A DNA stretch of 64,000 bases from a virus (lineage: Duplodnaviria; Heunggongvirae; Uroviricota; Caudoviricetes), in IMG/VR virus record IMGVR_UViG_3300012956_000001, positions 89,730 through 153,729 of that record; one strand, 5' to 3'. The translations under genes were made by a program, and so were the position numbers. Each line of letters starts with the position of its first letter. Positions within the stretch are counted from its first letter, which is position 1. Under the pieces are notes generated by a model. It searched no databases. It worked only from the letters and a program-made list of their open reading frames with translations, and was not told where the DNA came from. Positions 1 to 11,600 of this stretch are shown here, piece after piece.

Positions 1-768
1 CCAGATCCATCGGCAGTTAGAACAGTTAACACACCGTATGGACAAGTCATAGAAGATATTAACAAAGACATGACCTCCGTGTGGATGGTTACCGATCAAA
101 TTGTACCGTTAAAGTATTCAACCGAAGGATCTGGCATCCATCGAGTCAGTGTCGTGGACTTTCCTACTCAGCTAGATGGAAATCAAATTGTAATAAACAC
201 GGATCGATTTGTTGTAAATACTAAGACAGACAAAATTATTGGCACGGCAAATGCAGGCATACATTGGACCACTCTAAAAGACTTTACTGTTGACGCAGAC
301 AGAAATCATATCACATGGACAAATCAAAATAGAGCGGATCGTGTAGTTCAAAATTGGCGAGAGACCATTGGCGGCACAAAAGACATTTCAGCCAAACAAA
401 ATATGATTCAAGTAGCTGGTACCAATCATTTCATTAGTGCTGGTACCATGCTCAGTTTACAAGGATCTAAAATATATGTGGGTAGTACTGGTAATGCTAG
501 AGAGCCGCTTGTTCTTGGTGCAACGCTTAGGGACTTTTTAAGTCAGTTGATTGATGCACTAACTATGTCACCATTGGTACTTATCACCGGCCGCCCGGGC
601 GGTCCATCACAACAAAACCCACAACGCGTTCAAAAGTTTAAGCAATTGAAATCTCAATTTTTGAGCGGTGGTAATAGTGCTCCAATATTAAGTCTTGACA
701 ACTTTGTCAATCGAACAAATGAAAAACCACGCGTACCCCGACCTATAGTTCCGTATAAAGAGGATTAA
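1..768 (+). CDS. Baseplate hub/central-spike-associated protein, C-terminal part (5'-truncated by the window)
   Basis: Frame is open from base 1 (PDPSAVRTVNTPYGQVIEDINKD-M...), so the track start at 70 is internal. The C-terminal 'REPLVLGATLRDFLSQLIDAL' resembles phage spike/gpV-type tails. Lies directly upstream of the gp25- and gp6-like genes. Confidence 0.5.
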   Translation, partial: PDPSAVRTVNTPYGQVIEDINKDMTSVWMVTDQIVPLKYSTEGSGIHRVSVVDFPTQLDGNQIVINTDRFVVNTKTDKIIGTANAGIHWTTLKDFTVDADRNHITWTNQNRADRVVQNWRETIGGTKDISAKQNMIQVAGTNHFISAGTMLSLQGSKIYVGSTGNAREPLVLGATLRDFLSQLIDALTMSPLVLITGRPGGPSQQNPQRVQKFKQLKSQFLSGGNSAPILSLDNFVNRTNEKPRVPRPIVPYKED

Positions 769-771
769 TGT

Positions 772-1293
772 ATGACCAAATCAGACTTACAAAAGCTCAT
801 TAGACAAGAAATCACCGCCGTCGTTAAGGCCGAACTCCCCAAGATGGTCAAGCCGATGGTACAGGAGGCTGTAGCCGGGGCGCTTGCCGGACTACTTGCC
901 GAGGGTATTGTCAAGGGTGCCCCCAAGTCACAGGTGTTGACCCCAAATATACCTCAGGCAAGAGGCCCGGCCTCGCCAGGCGGTCGCCAGGCCGCCCCGG
1001 CACGCGGTTTGGACCCTCGGGCCCGTCGTGACCTGGCAGAGAAGATGGGCTATGGGTCTGGTCCAGACCGAATCGGACCAGCCGGTGGCTTTGTTTCAAG
1101 TGGAAACGTCTTGGACGACATCCTTGCAGAGACAGCCGGGGATATGCGGGATGGTAATTTCCCGGTAGATTCCGTACTAGACAACATGGACGATCTATCC
1201 GGTGTAATTGCACCAGAAGCCGTAGACGCAATTACCCGCGACTATTCAGCTCTTATGTCAGCGATGGACCGCCGAGGACGCTTGAATGGCTAA
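772..1293 (+). CDS. Hypothetical protein with K-L-I-R-x-E-type N-terminus
   Basis: 173-aa ORF tightly packed between baseplate genes. N-terminus MTKSDLQKLIRQEI. The middle of the gene is unusually GC-rich. Confidence 0.75.
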   Translation: MTKSDLQKLIRQEITAVVKAELPKMVKPMVQEAVAGALAGLLAEGIVKGAPKSQVLTPNIPQARGPASPGGRQAAPARGLDPRARRDLAEKMGYGSGPDRIGPAGGFVSSGNVLDDILAETAGDMRDGNFPVDSVLDNMDDLSGVIAPEAVDAITRDYSALMSAMDRRGRLNG

Positions 1294-1657
1294 TATTCTT
1301 GGAATTTTGCTTCCGATTCGTCGCGGCAACGGTGGGTATTTTAATCAGGGTCGTGATATCATGACCCAAGCAAAGAGCAATTTGATTAACTTGATACTTA
1401 CAAAGAAGGGAGAACGAGTTATGCAGCCAGAGTTTGGCTGCGATGTACATCGTCTTCTTTTTGAAGCTATTACCGATGACAATTTGGCAAATATCCACGG
1501 ATCTATTCGCGCCGCTATCAAAATATGGCTGCCGTACATTCAAGTTGTAGATGTACAAGTAACAAAAGATGAAGACCGCAATTCTGTATTTGCTACGTTG
1601 ACGTTTAGTTTAACCATTAATCCGTCTATTACCGATACTGTTACATTGAAATTTTAA
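1286..1657 (+). CDS. gp25: Baseplate wedge subunit, gp25/GPW family
   Basis: 123 aa. 'KSNLINLILTKKGERVMQPEFGCDVHRLLFE' is the typical GPW/gp25 signature. Followed by a gp6-like gene. Confidence 0.9.
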   Translation: MANILGILLPIRRGNGGYFNQGRDIMTQAKSNLINLILTKKGERVMQPEFGCDVHRLLFEAITDDNLANIHGSIRAAIKIWLPYIQVVDVQVTKDEDRNSVFATLTFSLTINPSITDTVTLKF

Positions 1658-1667
1658 GGTGAACTAA

Positions 1668-3602
1668 ATGGCACTACGACGATTAGATAAATCTTTTGCT
1701 CCAACAAAAAAGGAAATCAAGTATCTAAATAAGACATTCGGTGAATTTCGCCAAAGTCTTATAGATTTTGCCAAGGTATATTTCCCAGATTCATATAATG
1801 ACTTCAATGAAGCATCGCCTGGAATGATGTTTATTGAAATGGCGTCGTATGTTGGTGACGTATTAGGTTACTATGTTGATACAAACTTTAGAGAAAATTT
1901 GCTACAGTATGCAAATGAAAAAGACAACATCATTTCAATGGCACAGGCATTTGGCTATCAGCCAAAGCCTACCACCGCAGCAACAACAGAAGCAGATTTC
2001 TTCCAAGTAGTTCCAGCAAAAGGATTGTCTGACAACTATGCACCAGACGAACGATTTTATCTACGACTAGCACCAAATATAGTAGTTGCTGCGGAAGATT
2101 TTGGTACTGTAAATTTTAGAACTATTGATGAACTTAACTTTGCAGATCCTACTGACAGAGAAATAACGGTCTATTCAACCGACAATTTTGATCGTCCGGT
2201 ATTTTACTTGGTGCGAAAGAAAGCTAAGGTTGTTGCCGGAACTATTAAGACATACGAATCTACGTTTACAACTGCTCAGAAATTCTCAAAGGTGGTAATC
2301 CCAGATACAAATGTTATTGACATTATTTCTGTGGTTGATTCTAGCGGCAATACATGGTATCAAGTAGATTATCTTGCACAAGATTTAGTATTCCGTAGCG
2401 AAATAAACACAGCCGCATCTACTCTTGATAGTGATTTTAGTGTTCCGCCTACATACCTGTTGAAAATCACACGAACCCCACGTCGATTTGTAGTACGATA
2501 TAACGAAAACTACGAGTGTGAACTGTCGTTTGGGTCCGGTATATTGGACGACAGTGATGAATCTATCAATCTAGAACCAAAGAAGATTGCCAACACAGAA
2601 TATCAAACAAACTTGGCATCCACCTCACTTGATCCATCGGACTTTTTATCGTCTCGGTCGTATGGTATGGCGCCTACTGGATTATTGACTATTACTTACG
2701 CTACTGGCGGTGGAATCAAGTCAAATGTTCCAATGGGAACTATAACAAAACTAGTAACCGTAGAACCGTTGAATGACATTGCATCATTTACGCCGACGGA
2801 ACTACAGCTATGGAATCAGGTCAAACAATCTATTGCAGTAAACAATTCCGATCCTGCCACGGGCGGCAAGGATGAAGATAGCATTGAAGAAATTCGTCAG
2901 AACGCTCTGGCCTTCTTCAACGCACAAAATCGATTGGTTACTGTAGAAGACTACATCGTTCGTACCTATGCTATGCCGCCGAAATACGGTGGTGCATCAA
3001 AGGTGTTTGTTACCAGAGATGAACAGATCAATAATATTCTACGAGCAACACAAGAACAACAGCCCGTGGGTGGCATCTTTGTTGAAGATACGCCAGGACC
3101 AGGCATCATAAACATGTATGTGTTAGGCTATAATCGTGACAAGAAATTAACGACGTTGAACTTGGATACCAAGGGCAATCTAAAGACGTACTTGGATCAA
3201 TACAGAATGTTAACAGATCAGGTTCGTATCTTGGATGGATTTGTTGTAAACATTGGTGTTAAGTTTAAGGTTGTTGTCTTCAAGGGATTCAACATGAATG
3301 AAGTGTTGACACGATGTATCGACAATGTAAAGCACTTCTTCTCGGTTGACCGTTGGCAGATTAATCAACCTATCTTGCTTAACGATTTGTACCTAGAAAT
3401 TGCCGCTGTTGAAGGCGTACAAAGTGTATTGTCCGTAGAAGTATTTAATCGATATAGATTCAGAGACGGTTCAGACTACAATGATTATTTGTATGATATT
3501 GGATCTGCAACAAACAATGGCATAATTTATCCGTCGCTTGATCCATGTATTTTTGAACTTAGATATCCAGATAGAGATATTATTGCGTCGGCGGTACAAT
3601 AA
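1668..3602 (+). CDS. gp6: Baseplate wedge subunit, gp6/baseplate-J-like
   Basis: 'FGEFRQSLIDFAKVYFPDSYNDFNEASPGMMFIEMASYVGDVLGYY', 'ATGGKDEDSIEEIRQNA' and 'NRLVTVEDY' match T4 gp6/J-like motifs. Confidence 0.9.
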   Translation: MALRRLDKSFAPTKKEIKYLNKTFGEFRQSLIDFAKVYFPDSYNDFNEASPGMMFIEMASYVGDVLGYYVDTNFRENLLQYANEKDNIISMAQAFGYQPKPTTAATTEADFFQVVPAKGLSDNYAPDERFYLRLAPNIVVAAEDFGTVNFRTIDELNFADPTDREITVYSTDNFDRPVFYLVRKKAKVVAGTIKTYESTFTTAQKFSKVVIPDTNVIDIISVVDSSGNTWYQVDYLAQDLVFRSEINTAASTLDSDFSVPPTYLLKITRTPRRFVVRYNENYECELSFGSGILDDSDESINLEPKKIANTEYQTNLASTSLDPSDFLSSRSYGMAPTGLLTITYATGGGIKSNVPMGTITKLVTVEPLNDIASFTPTELQLWNQVKQSIAVNNSDPATGGKDEDSIEEIRQNALAFFNAQNRLVTVEDYIVRTYAMPPKYGGASKVFVTRDEQINNILRATQEQQPVGGIFVEDTPGPGIINMYVLGYNRDKKLTTLNLDTKGNLKTYLDQYRMLTDQVRILDGFVVNIGVKFKVVVFKGFNMNEVLTRCIDNVKHFFSVDRWQINQPILLNDLYLEIAAVEGVQSVLSVEVFNRYRFRDGSDYNDYLYDIGSATNNGIIYPSLDPCIFELRYPDRDIIASAVQ

Positions 3603-4666
3603 TGAGATATACATACCTTCCAGTAAAAGATGCATCTATATACGAAGAGTTTTCAAGTAGAAACACTGGTTATGATGAAATCTTAGAGGTTGGCAAGAGC
3701 CAACATGGTACATACGCAGTACGATCAATGTTACAATTTGATGTAACTGCTATTTCTGCAAGTATTGCTGCTGGCACCATATCTTCTGGATCTGAATTTG
3801 ATTTGATGTTGTTTATTGCTCGAGCCGATGATCTTCGAATTGGTCAAACAGTAGAGCTATATGAAGTAAGCCGTAGCTGGGTCGAGGGATCGGGCTATTT
3901 CTATCAAAATGTTAATGTTCCGTATACATCATCACGTACATCCGTTGGTGGATATACAGAGAATGATGGTACAACATGGATCAATCGTCAGTCTGGATCA
4001 CTCTGGTCTATAACAGGTAGTGAGTATTATGGATCGCCGGTTGGATCTGGTACGGTTGCAAATCCTATAGTAGACATGACATTTGATGTAACTACATTTG
4101 TTAGAGATTGGATCTCTGGAAGTGTAACAAACAATGGATTGGTGTTAAAGTTTCCTACTGCTGATGAATTAGACGATACTAATGTAGGAAACATTAGATT
4201 CTTTTCTAGACAGACACACACGGTATATGCGCCGCTGTTGATATCCAAGTGGAATAGTCAGACATATGCAACTGGAACTATGTCGGCATCCGTCAATTCT
4301 AATGTTACAGTAGCACCAAAAAATCTGTCACGTAAATATAGAGCAACAGATGTGGTTAGAGTAGATTTGTCGGTACGTGAAAAGTATCCAGTAAAGACGT
4401 TTGACACGGTATTTTCAAATTGGGCCGGCACTCAGAGATTGCCTGCAACATCGTACTTTAGCATTGTAGACGTACAAAGTAATGCCGTCATTGTGCCATA
4501 TTCTGATTCGTCTAGAGTTGATTGCGATGGGTCAACCAGTTACATAAAGTTTTATGTTGGTGGTATGTATCCAGGCCGATTCTATAAGGTGTTAATCAAG
4601 GTGGTAGATACAGATTACACACAGGTCTTTGATTCCGGTCAATATTTTAGTATAGAGCAAGTATAA
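3602..4666 (+). CDS. DNRLRE-domain virion structural protein
   Basis: N-terminal 'KDASIYEE...NTGYDEILEVGK...RSMLQFDV' and 'NNGLVLK...FFSRQ' resemble the DNRLRE fold. TAATG overlap with gp6. Confidence 0.65.
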   Translation: MRYTYLPVKDASIYEEFSSRNTGYDEILEVGKSQHGTYAVRSMLQFDVTAISASIAAGTISSGSEFDLMLFIARADDLRIGQTVELYEVSRSWVEGSGYFYQNVNVPYTSSRTSVGGYTENDGTTWINRQSGSLWSITGSEYYGSPVGSGTVANPIVDMTFDVTTFVRDWISGSVTNNGLVLKFPTADELDDTNVGNIRFFSRQTHTVYAPLLISKWNSQTYATGTMSASVNSNVTVAPKNLSRKYRATDVVRVDLSVREKYPVKTFDTVFSNWAGTQRLPATSYFSIVDVQSNAVIVPYSDSSRVDCDGSTSYIKFYVGGMYPGRFYKVLIKVVDTDYTQVFDSGQYFSIEQV

Positions 4667-5007
4667 TGGATCTCCAAAATTTGAAACTAAACAATGTTAC
4701 CGTTGCTACGCCTAGCGAATTAGATAGAATTCGTCGGCCTACGCTTATTTTTACGGATAGTTATTTAGAAGATCCAATTACGTATCGACCAGATGATCGA
4801 TTTCAGCCAGATACAGTTGTACAACAATTTCAAGAATTGCCAGATCAACTTACCAGAGACTTTGCTGATTTCCTACGAGTCGATATCAATGGCGATGAAC
4901 CACAATTGTTGACGATACCAATGGTATCTGGTCTGACTAGCAGAACGTTATACAACAACATACTCGGACCAAGAAGCCAATTTAAACAACTGGGCGTCAC
5001 TAGATAA
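4666..5007 (+). CDS. Hypothetical (baseplate region)
   Basis: 113-aa ORF coupled by TAATG overlaps at both ends. Confidence 0.7.
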   Translation: MDLQNLKLNNVTVATPSELDRIRRPTLIFTDSYLEDPITYRPDDRFQPDTVVQQFQELPDQLTRDFADFLRVDINGDEPQLLTIPMVSGLTSRTLYNNILGPRSQFKQLGVTR

Positions 5008-5831
5008 TGCCAAATCAACTAAATTATCCAGATACAATTCCAAATCCATACATTGCTGTTCGTCCAGAACGGTTGTCTGCTGCTGATCGCCGACTTACAC
5101 AAGTTGGTACTAAGCAAGTTGTATTTGGTACCACCGAACGGGATCATGCTGAACTGTGGGTCTATGACTCAAACGGTTCGATTGCCGGTCACATTAATTT
5201 GTTTGCCACCGATCCATCACTGAGTTTAACAACAGTCATTGACAATACTGGTGCGTATGAATTATTGAACATTGATATGGGAAATGCAGCAAAACTAATG
5301 ACCATTGAATCTGGTCGTTATGGATTTGTTGCAAATTTCTTTAGAGATGAAGTTGGTTCGGAAATTGGTAACAAGTTGTACATTAAAGATATCAGTGACG
5401 ATAGAACTGAATTGCGATTGTATCCAAAGTCTGTATCCGCTGAAATACTTCAAGAATTGTATGAGTGGATTGTACCGTCTGTTCCAAAACCGGCCGCGCA
5501 AGCATTAATAAATCAAACGTTTGCACAAAGTGAAGACTTTACTAGTGAAGAGTCATTAAACCCAGCCAATATATCATTAGACTTGGCAAACATTTCACCA
5601 TCTACTATACCTCGTATACGATATGCGGATGCTGAACACACGTATAATTTGATGATTACTCAACTAGTTGATTCTGCCGGTAAATTAGCACTAGAAAACA
5701 TGGCCTTAGATGTTAACAACCTAAACGTTCAGGATGCAGATCTTGAACGATATATCAAGGCAGCAGTGATAGAAACTATTCGCCGGCTAAAAGATAGCGG
5801 TCAACTAGATCCACGATTTGAAGTATTCTGA
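5007..5831 (+). CDS. Putative baseplate-associated protein
   Basis: 274 aa, translationally coupled. Contains 'NFFRDEVGS...LYIKDISDDRTELRL', a motif recalled from large-myophage baseplate proteins. Confidence 0.65.
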   Translation: MPNQLNYPDTIPNPYIAVRPERLSAADRRLTQVGTKQVVFGTTERDHAELWVYDSNGSIAGHINLFATDPSLSLTTVIDNTGAYELLNIDMGNAAKLMTIESGRYGFVANFFRDEVGSEIGNKLYIKDISDDRTELRLYPKSVSAEILQELYEWIVPSVPKPAAQALINQTFAQSEDFTSEESLNPANISLDLANISPSTIPRIRYADAEHTYNLMITQLVDSAGKLALENMALDVNNLNVQDADLERYIKAAVIETIRRLKDSGQLDPRFEVF

Positions 5832-5839
5832 GGTAATAT

Positions 5840-7462
5840 ATGTCGTCATATACAAAGATAGTTAATGGTATTGTATGCACACTAGCACCGGCGGTCCCAC
5901 GGACAATCGGGCCATCAGGCGCACCAATTGAATTTGCCAGTGACAATGGTACTGGTGTCTCGCTGCCAATTACAATTACCTTCAATTACGATGTACAACA
6001 ATTTTCTATTACTGTGGTCGGACAGTCATTTCCCGGCCACACAATAAATGCATATAACAAGTTTGGTTCTTTAATTGATACTAGAATTAGCACACCGGAC
6101 ACATTTGACACTGGTTTACTTGGCGGCAATTCAACGGAAACCATAACGGTTAATCCAGGCAATCCAATTTCTAAGATAGAACTGATTCCATCAACATTAG
6201 ACTTTGTTGGCTATAAGGGCATGTCGTTAGTTCCTGCACCAGGCGCAGTGCTACAAAATGGACCAGTACAACAAAATCAGCCTATACAAAGCCCTGTACC
6301 CGCTCCCGTTCCTACGGTTCCGGTTGTAACTACGCCACCGGCTATTCCAACACAATTAAGTGCACAGAACATCAGATTAGCCGACATAATTGTGGTGGAT
6401 GCACAAGCAATAGATCGACAGTACGTAAAGGGAACGTTGCAGGCAATTCCACAGGCCAAGTTTAATATTAAGAACATTTCTTCACAAGTAGAAGTTCGAG
6501 TCAATTTGGCGGGCTTGGCAGGTGTATCATTTGACCCAGCCAATTTTACATTACAAAAGAATAGTTCACAAGAAGTTACTGTAAATTTTGATCTTGCAAC
6601 TATTGATACTTTGCCAGAAGGAATTAACACCGTAAATGCTGCTATTAACCTATCAAGTAATAGCATTGTAATGGATGATATGGTATCTATTGTTCCAGTA
6701 GTTCCACCGGCACCACCGGCGCCTATTGCGGCAACTACGCCACAAGTACTTCCGAGTGTATCGGATACAATACTTCCTATAGTCGCTGCTCCACAAACAA
6801 TTTCAAGTGGCTGGTTAGAAGAACGATTTAATGGCACTCCGCCAGCAGTTACACCACAGGCACTGTTCTTATCTCCATATTATTCACAGAGAGTATCTGA
6901 GATTAATTACGACGGTACTCTGCCTGCCAAATCTACATTTAGATGGACTAAGACACTTGATGTCCCAACTGAGGCAAATTACGAATTCTCTGCAAAGGTT
7001 CAGGATGGTGTTAGAATCTATGTTGATGACGTATTGATATTGGACAAGTGGGTTGCACAGCCAGTTAACACATTTACAGTTAATAAAACATTGTCTGTTG
7101 GATCGCATATTGTTCGTGTAGAACATTACAATGCAACACAACGTCCATTGGCAATTATTAGTGTACGACAGGTAACTATAAACAAGGTGGACTTTACAAA
7201 CACAGTTGTATTGCCTCCAACACCAGAAGTAGTTAAGACAACAGCACCAATACCAACTGCCCCGGCAAAAACAACAGTACTTCCATTACCACCAGTACCA
7301 GTAACAGATCCAGTTGGTGAACCATTACCATTCTTGGAACCTGTGATATTGCCACCGTTGCCACCAGAATCAATACAGCCGCCGGTATTTGTAGAAACAC
7401 AAGATCCGGTATTTATAAAGAGAACGTCTGAGTCTGCAAAAATTACTACCTTGATTGAATAA
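5840..7462 (+). CDS. Pro-rich virion protein with Ig-like and PA14 domains
   Basis: SD GAGG upstream. Pro/Val-rich linkers. 'FRWTKTLDVPTEANYEFSAKVQDGVRIYVDDVLILDKW...GSHIVRVEHY' (~6808-7165) is a PA14 signature. Confidence 0.75.
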   Translation: MSSYTKIVNGIVCTLAPAVPRTIGPSGAPIEFASDNGTGVSLPITITFNYDVQQFSITVVGQSFPGHTINAYNKFGSLIDTRISTPDTFDTGLLGGNSTETITVNPGNPISKIELIPSTLDFVGYKGMSLVPAPGAVLQNGPVQQNQPIQSPVPAPVPTVPVVTTPPAIPTQLSAQNIRLADIIVVDAQAIDRQYVKGTLQAIPQAKFNIKNISSQVEVRVNLAGLAGVSFDPANFTLQKNSSQEVTVNFDLATIDTLPEGINTVNAAINLSSNSIVMDDMVSIVPVVPPAPPAPIAATTPQVLPSVSDTILPIVAAPQTISSGWLEERFNGTPPAVTPQALFLSPYYSQRVSEINYDGTLPAKSTFRWTKTLDVPTEANYEFSAKVQDGVRIYVDDVLILDKWVAQPVNTFTVNKTLSVGSHIVRVEHYNATQRPLAIISVRQVTINKVDFTNTVVLPPTPEVVKTTAPIPTAPAKTTVLPLPPVPVTDPVGEPLPFLEPVILPPLPPESIQPPVFVETQDPVFIKRTSESAKITTLIE

Positions 7463-8655
7463 TGACACCACAATTTGTCTTAGATTACATTTCGTATCTT
7501 ACAAAATTAATTGCACAGTATCCTGTAGAGGCGTATTCTCGTTATGGTAGAAGCGATACGCCTCCCATGCGATTTGTGTCTAGATTTAATCAATCTGGTG
7601 GTTGGGAAGTGTTGCATGAACATGCAATAACTGGTGAATTATTATTGATAGAATCTGTTGAGCCACCACTAGCAACAGAACCGCCGTTGCCACCGTTAGA
7701 ATTTGATACAACGCTGCCGATTGTAATGCCACAGTATGCTCCGCCCGATGGATATTTTATTCTTGCCGTGGAAAACAAAGGATTGCCGCCTGGATACGCA
7801 GCTACTACATTGGTTAATATAACCACGTTAGTTAATTCTGTTGCGGTTGCTGATGGTGGTTCGGGTTTTAGAGTACCATTCCGGGGCAGGTATGAATTAC
7901 CAGTTCGTGGCCGTACATATTATGGCGACGAACTTCTCCAGCTGCGATATGATTTTATGCCATATGGTACAATTCGTACATTAGTTGGCGACTACGAAGC
8001 AATTGGTCCGTTTACTTCGGTGGTTCCAAATTCTGGTGAGTTTCACCGTGTCGTTATTAATTGGGGCCGTGTTGATGCACCAATTCAAGAATTGCCACCA
8101 CAAGTTCCACCAGTTGTATTACCGCCGGCGCCTCCGGTAGTCATACCACCGAGACAAATTGGAATTATCGGCACACAGGCACAACCTATATTTTATCCGT
8201 CTACTACACCACAAACTCCTGCGCCGCTGCCTCTAGATCCACCATATTACAGACTAACTGCGCCGCTAGTAGATCCAAATGATACATTTAGAGCAACCAA
8301 TGTAAATCAAATGTACAGTGTTTCTTCAACGGAACCACAGTTAACGGTATACGATATTGGTCTGGCACCAAATGTGCCAACAAAAACATATCGAATCAGA
8401 AACAATACAACAAATGCTGTTTTGAAATTTACCTTTACGGTTCCTTCATTTTTGAAAATAAATGCACCGGCAATATTGAATATAAATCCACAGGAACAAG
8501 TAGTTATTAGCGTAACATTTAATGAGGCCGATGCCAAAGAGAAGTCCATCACAAAAACATATGTCTTTGATGATGTGTTACGCTGGTCTGTATCACCAAC
8601 AAATCTATCTGGTCCAGTATACGTTGCACGAAATTTACCACCGGTTAATAATTGA
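7462..8655 (+). CDS. Pro-rich virion protein with C-terminal Ig-like beta domain
   Basis: 397 aa, coupled at both ends. Contains 'PPQVPPVVLPPAPPVVIPP'. The C-terminal 'TYRIRNNT...LKFTF...INPQEQVVISVTF' looks Ig-like. Confidence 0.65.
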   Translation: MTPQFVLDYISYLTKLIAQYPVEAYSRYGRSDTPPMRFVSRFNQSGGWEVLHEHAITGELLLIESVEPPLATEPPLPPLEFDTTLPIVMPQYAPPDGYFILAVENKGLPPGYAATTLVNITTLVNSVAVADGGSGFRVPFRGRYELPVRGRTYYGDELLQLRYDFMPYGTIRTLVGDYEAIGPFTSVVPNSGEFHRVVINWGRVDAPIQELPPQVPPVVLPPAPPVVIPPRQIGIIGTQAQPIFYPSTTPQTPAPLPLDPPYYRLTAPLVDPNDTFRATNVNQMYSVSSTEPQLTVYDIGLAPNVPTKTYRIRNNTTNAVLKFTFTVPSFLKINAPAILNINPQEQVVISVTFNEADAKEKSITKTYVFDDVLRWSVSPTNLSGPVYVARNLPPVNN

Positions 8656-11600
8656 TGACTAATCCATACGAAGGATATATTCCGCTCTCTGATGCTGAAA
8701 TACAATCCTCGCAACAAAATAATAACATTCGTGACGATGCCGTTGTAGTTAGAACGGCCATCGGCGGCGTAGTATGGATATTGCCAGAATTTACAGATCT
8801 TATAACTCAATATAAGACTGGTGTGTTGACTGGTGCAGAGTCGGCGCCGGCCGGCGTAATACTTCGTGCGTTACCTAAGCCGCCTGATGTTGTAGACACA
8901 ACACCAACATACCCAGACGGATTTATACCGCCCGATCCATTTGTTCCACAGACTCCGTCACCAACACATACGCCTGGTGCGTTTTATCTGCCCATTCGTA
9001 TTGGTGTATACAATAAGCCGCCACAAACACAAAAGCGATTAAATATCAACATCAATGTACTACCATCGGTGCCAACGTTTGCAGAATCAAATGTGAACAT
9101 TGACTGGAAGCTACAGTTGCGTCCAATTCCAATCAATTTAACACAAGCAACACTTGCTGCGGCCCGTAGATTATTGGACGGTAAGGTTGAATCATATTTT
9201 GACCAAGATAGAATCAATAAGACGTTGTTGAACTTTGGTGAAGATTATCAAGCAATGATACTAAATTGGGCATATGACCCATTTGATACAACCAACAAGA
9301 CCGTGTTGGTCAAGTTGTATCAGCCATTGCCGCCTGAGGTAGAACTATTAACAGAACTTTGGATTACTAGAGAACTATCGCCGTCGTACCTTGATCAAAT
9401 CTTCGTAGTATTTGTTCCGGGCGAAGGATTGAAGTTGTATCTTCGACCACCCAACCGAGAAATCACCGTTACGTCGGTTGATGGAAATGAAGTTAACAAC
9501 GTCACTCTACAAACTCTACTAACCACCGGATCGGTAAGTAAGACCAATCTACAAGATCCTATTCTTGAAGAGTGGTTTATTACGTCGTTGGAAGGTGCAG
9601 AACTCAACATAGATTACACAAACTTTAAAAACTTTGTGTTCTACAGTTCTGCAAAGAAGAGACTAGATGCATTTAGACAGAAGCTAATTGTTCTACAAGA
9701 TTACACATCCATTCTTAGTGAACAGTCTGCATCCATTGCTGCAGCAACAACCACCGCTGGATTGGCTGGGTTTACTAGCTCTCTTGCATATGGTGGATAT
9801 GAACGAATCTCCGAACAACGAATCGACTTACTTCGATCATTTGACGGATATGAACGATTCCTTTATTACGGCAGCGGCAGTGCATACTCATCATCATTCT
9901 CCGACGACGGTGGAGAAGTAGATCAAATTTATTACATCTCAGATGCCACATGGCCAAAGATTAACGGTTCGTTGATCTCGGTTGCATCTGCATCTAATGT
10001 TGATTTGTATTCTATTGGTGGATCACAATTTACACCGGATGGTGATTATGATGGTCTGGTAAGTTGGTGGGATGCCATTACGTATGTTGCTGAAGAATAT
10101 GATCGTCAGAATCAAAACCGACTAGCAAACAATCTACCGGAATATTTGGTCAACGACGATCAATCATCAGATTTCTTAACATTTTTGGACATGATCGGCC
10201 ATCACTTTGACGTAGTAAAGTCATACGCTGATGCCATGCCTCAGATTTACAATCGAAACAATGATCCAACAGAGGGCATATCCCCGGATATGGTTTGGAA
10301 CATTGCTTCCTCATTCGGCATTGATCTTCCAAATCAATATGCAGTAAAACAACTTGTGGATTACACCATTGGACAGATTGGTGAAGTTTCGCCAACAGTA
10401 TATCGTCAAGTTGCCGCAGAAACATGGAAGCGATTCCTACACAATCAAATTTACTTGCTCAAAGCAAAGGGTACAAAGTCTGCGCTGCGTGGCTTGTTGA
10501 ACACGTATGGTGTTCTACCAACAACCATTCAGATCAGAGAATCCTCGACGCCATCGTTCTATACAAGTCAATCATATGAGTTGATAGAAGAACAAACAAA
10601 CACGTTGGATCTAACTACCGGGTCGTATGTTGCCATTCCGTTTAGTGGGTCTGGGCTACCTGCAATTCAATCAGTACAGGTTCGATTTGCTGGAACGAAT
10701 GCTCAACAAACTGTATTGTGGAATGTAGATGATCAGTGGGGTGTAAGACTTGTTCCACTATCATCAAGTTACGGTCAGGTAGCAATTGTTAATGCGGCCG
10801 GAACTAACATTGCCACATCAGACCTGTTTAAGATATACGATGGCAACTATTACACAGTTACGGTACAACGTACTGGTTCTATTGCACACCTATATACACA
10901 ACGTGCGGATGATGACGGCGATATTATAGACTCATCACACACCAGCGGAACATTAAACACTTGGCTATCTGGATCTACGTTGTATCTTGGATCTAGTGGT
11001 TCTACGTGGGGCACATCGTTTGTTGGTAACATAGATGAATTTAGATTGTGGTCTGAATATCTAACCACACAAACCATAGATCGTCACGTACAATATGCCG
11101 GTTTGTATAACGGTAATGACACGGGTTCTGCAAAGGACAACCTTCCAGTTCGATTGAGCTTCAATAAGCCACGAAATCTTGGATCGGCAACCGCATCACT
11201 ACGATTTGTACCTAACGAATCGCCGTACATTAGAGTATCCGGCCGTCCTGCAGTATATAATGAATTCTCCGCATCCGGCTTTGCAAATGAGACAGAGTAT
11301 CCGTATAGCATGACTACGGTTACACGTACCGTTCTACGATATGCACCTAACACGGGTGGAAGCCAGTTTGTAAGTAATAAGATTGTTATTGCAGATCCAG
11401 CAACACATCGATATCTTGCGGATGATAGTGGATCGGGCATTCCAATCTTGTCTCACGAAAAGAGCATGGTAACGGTTCAACAGAAGTTTGATAATGTACA
11501 AAACAATAACATCGTTGGGTTCTACTTCTCGCCAACTGATGCAATTAACGATAGCATTATCCGTACAATTGGTAATATTGACATTCAAGATTACATTGGC

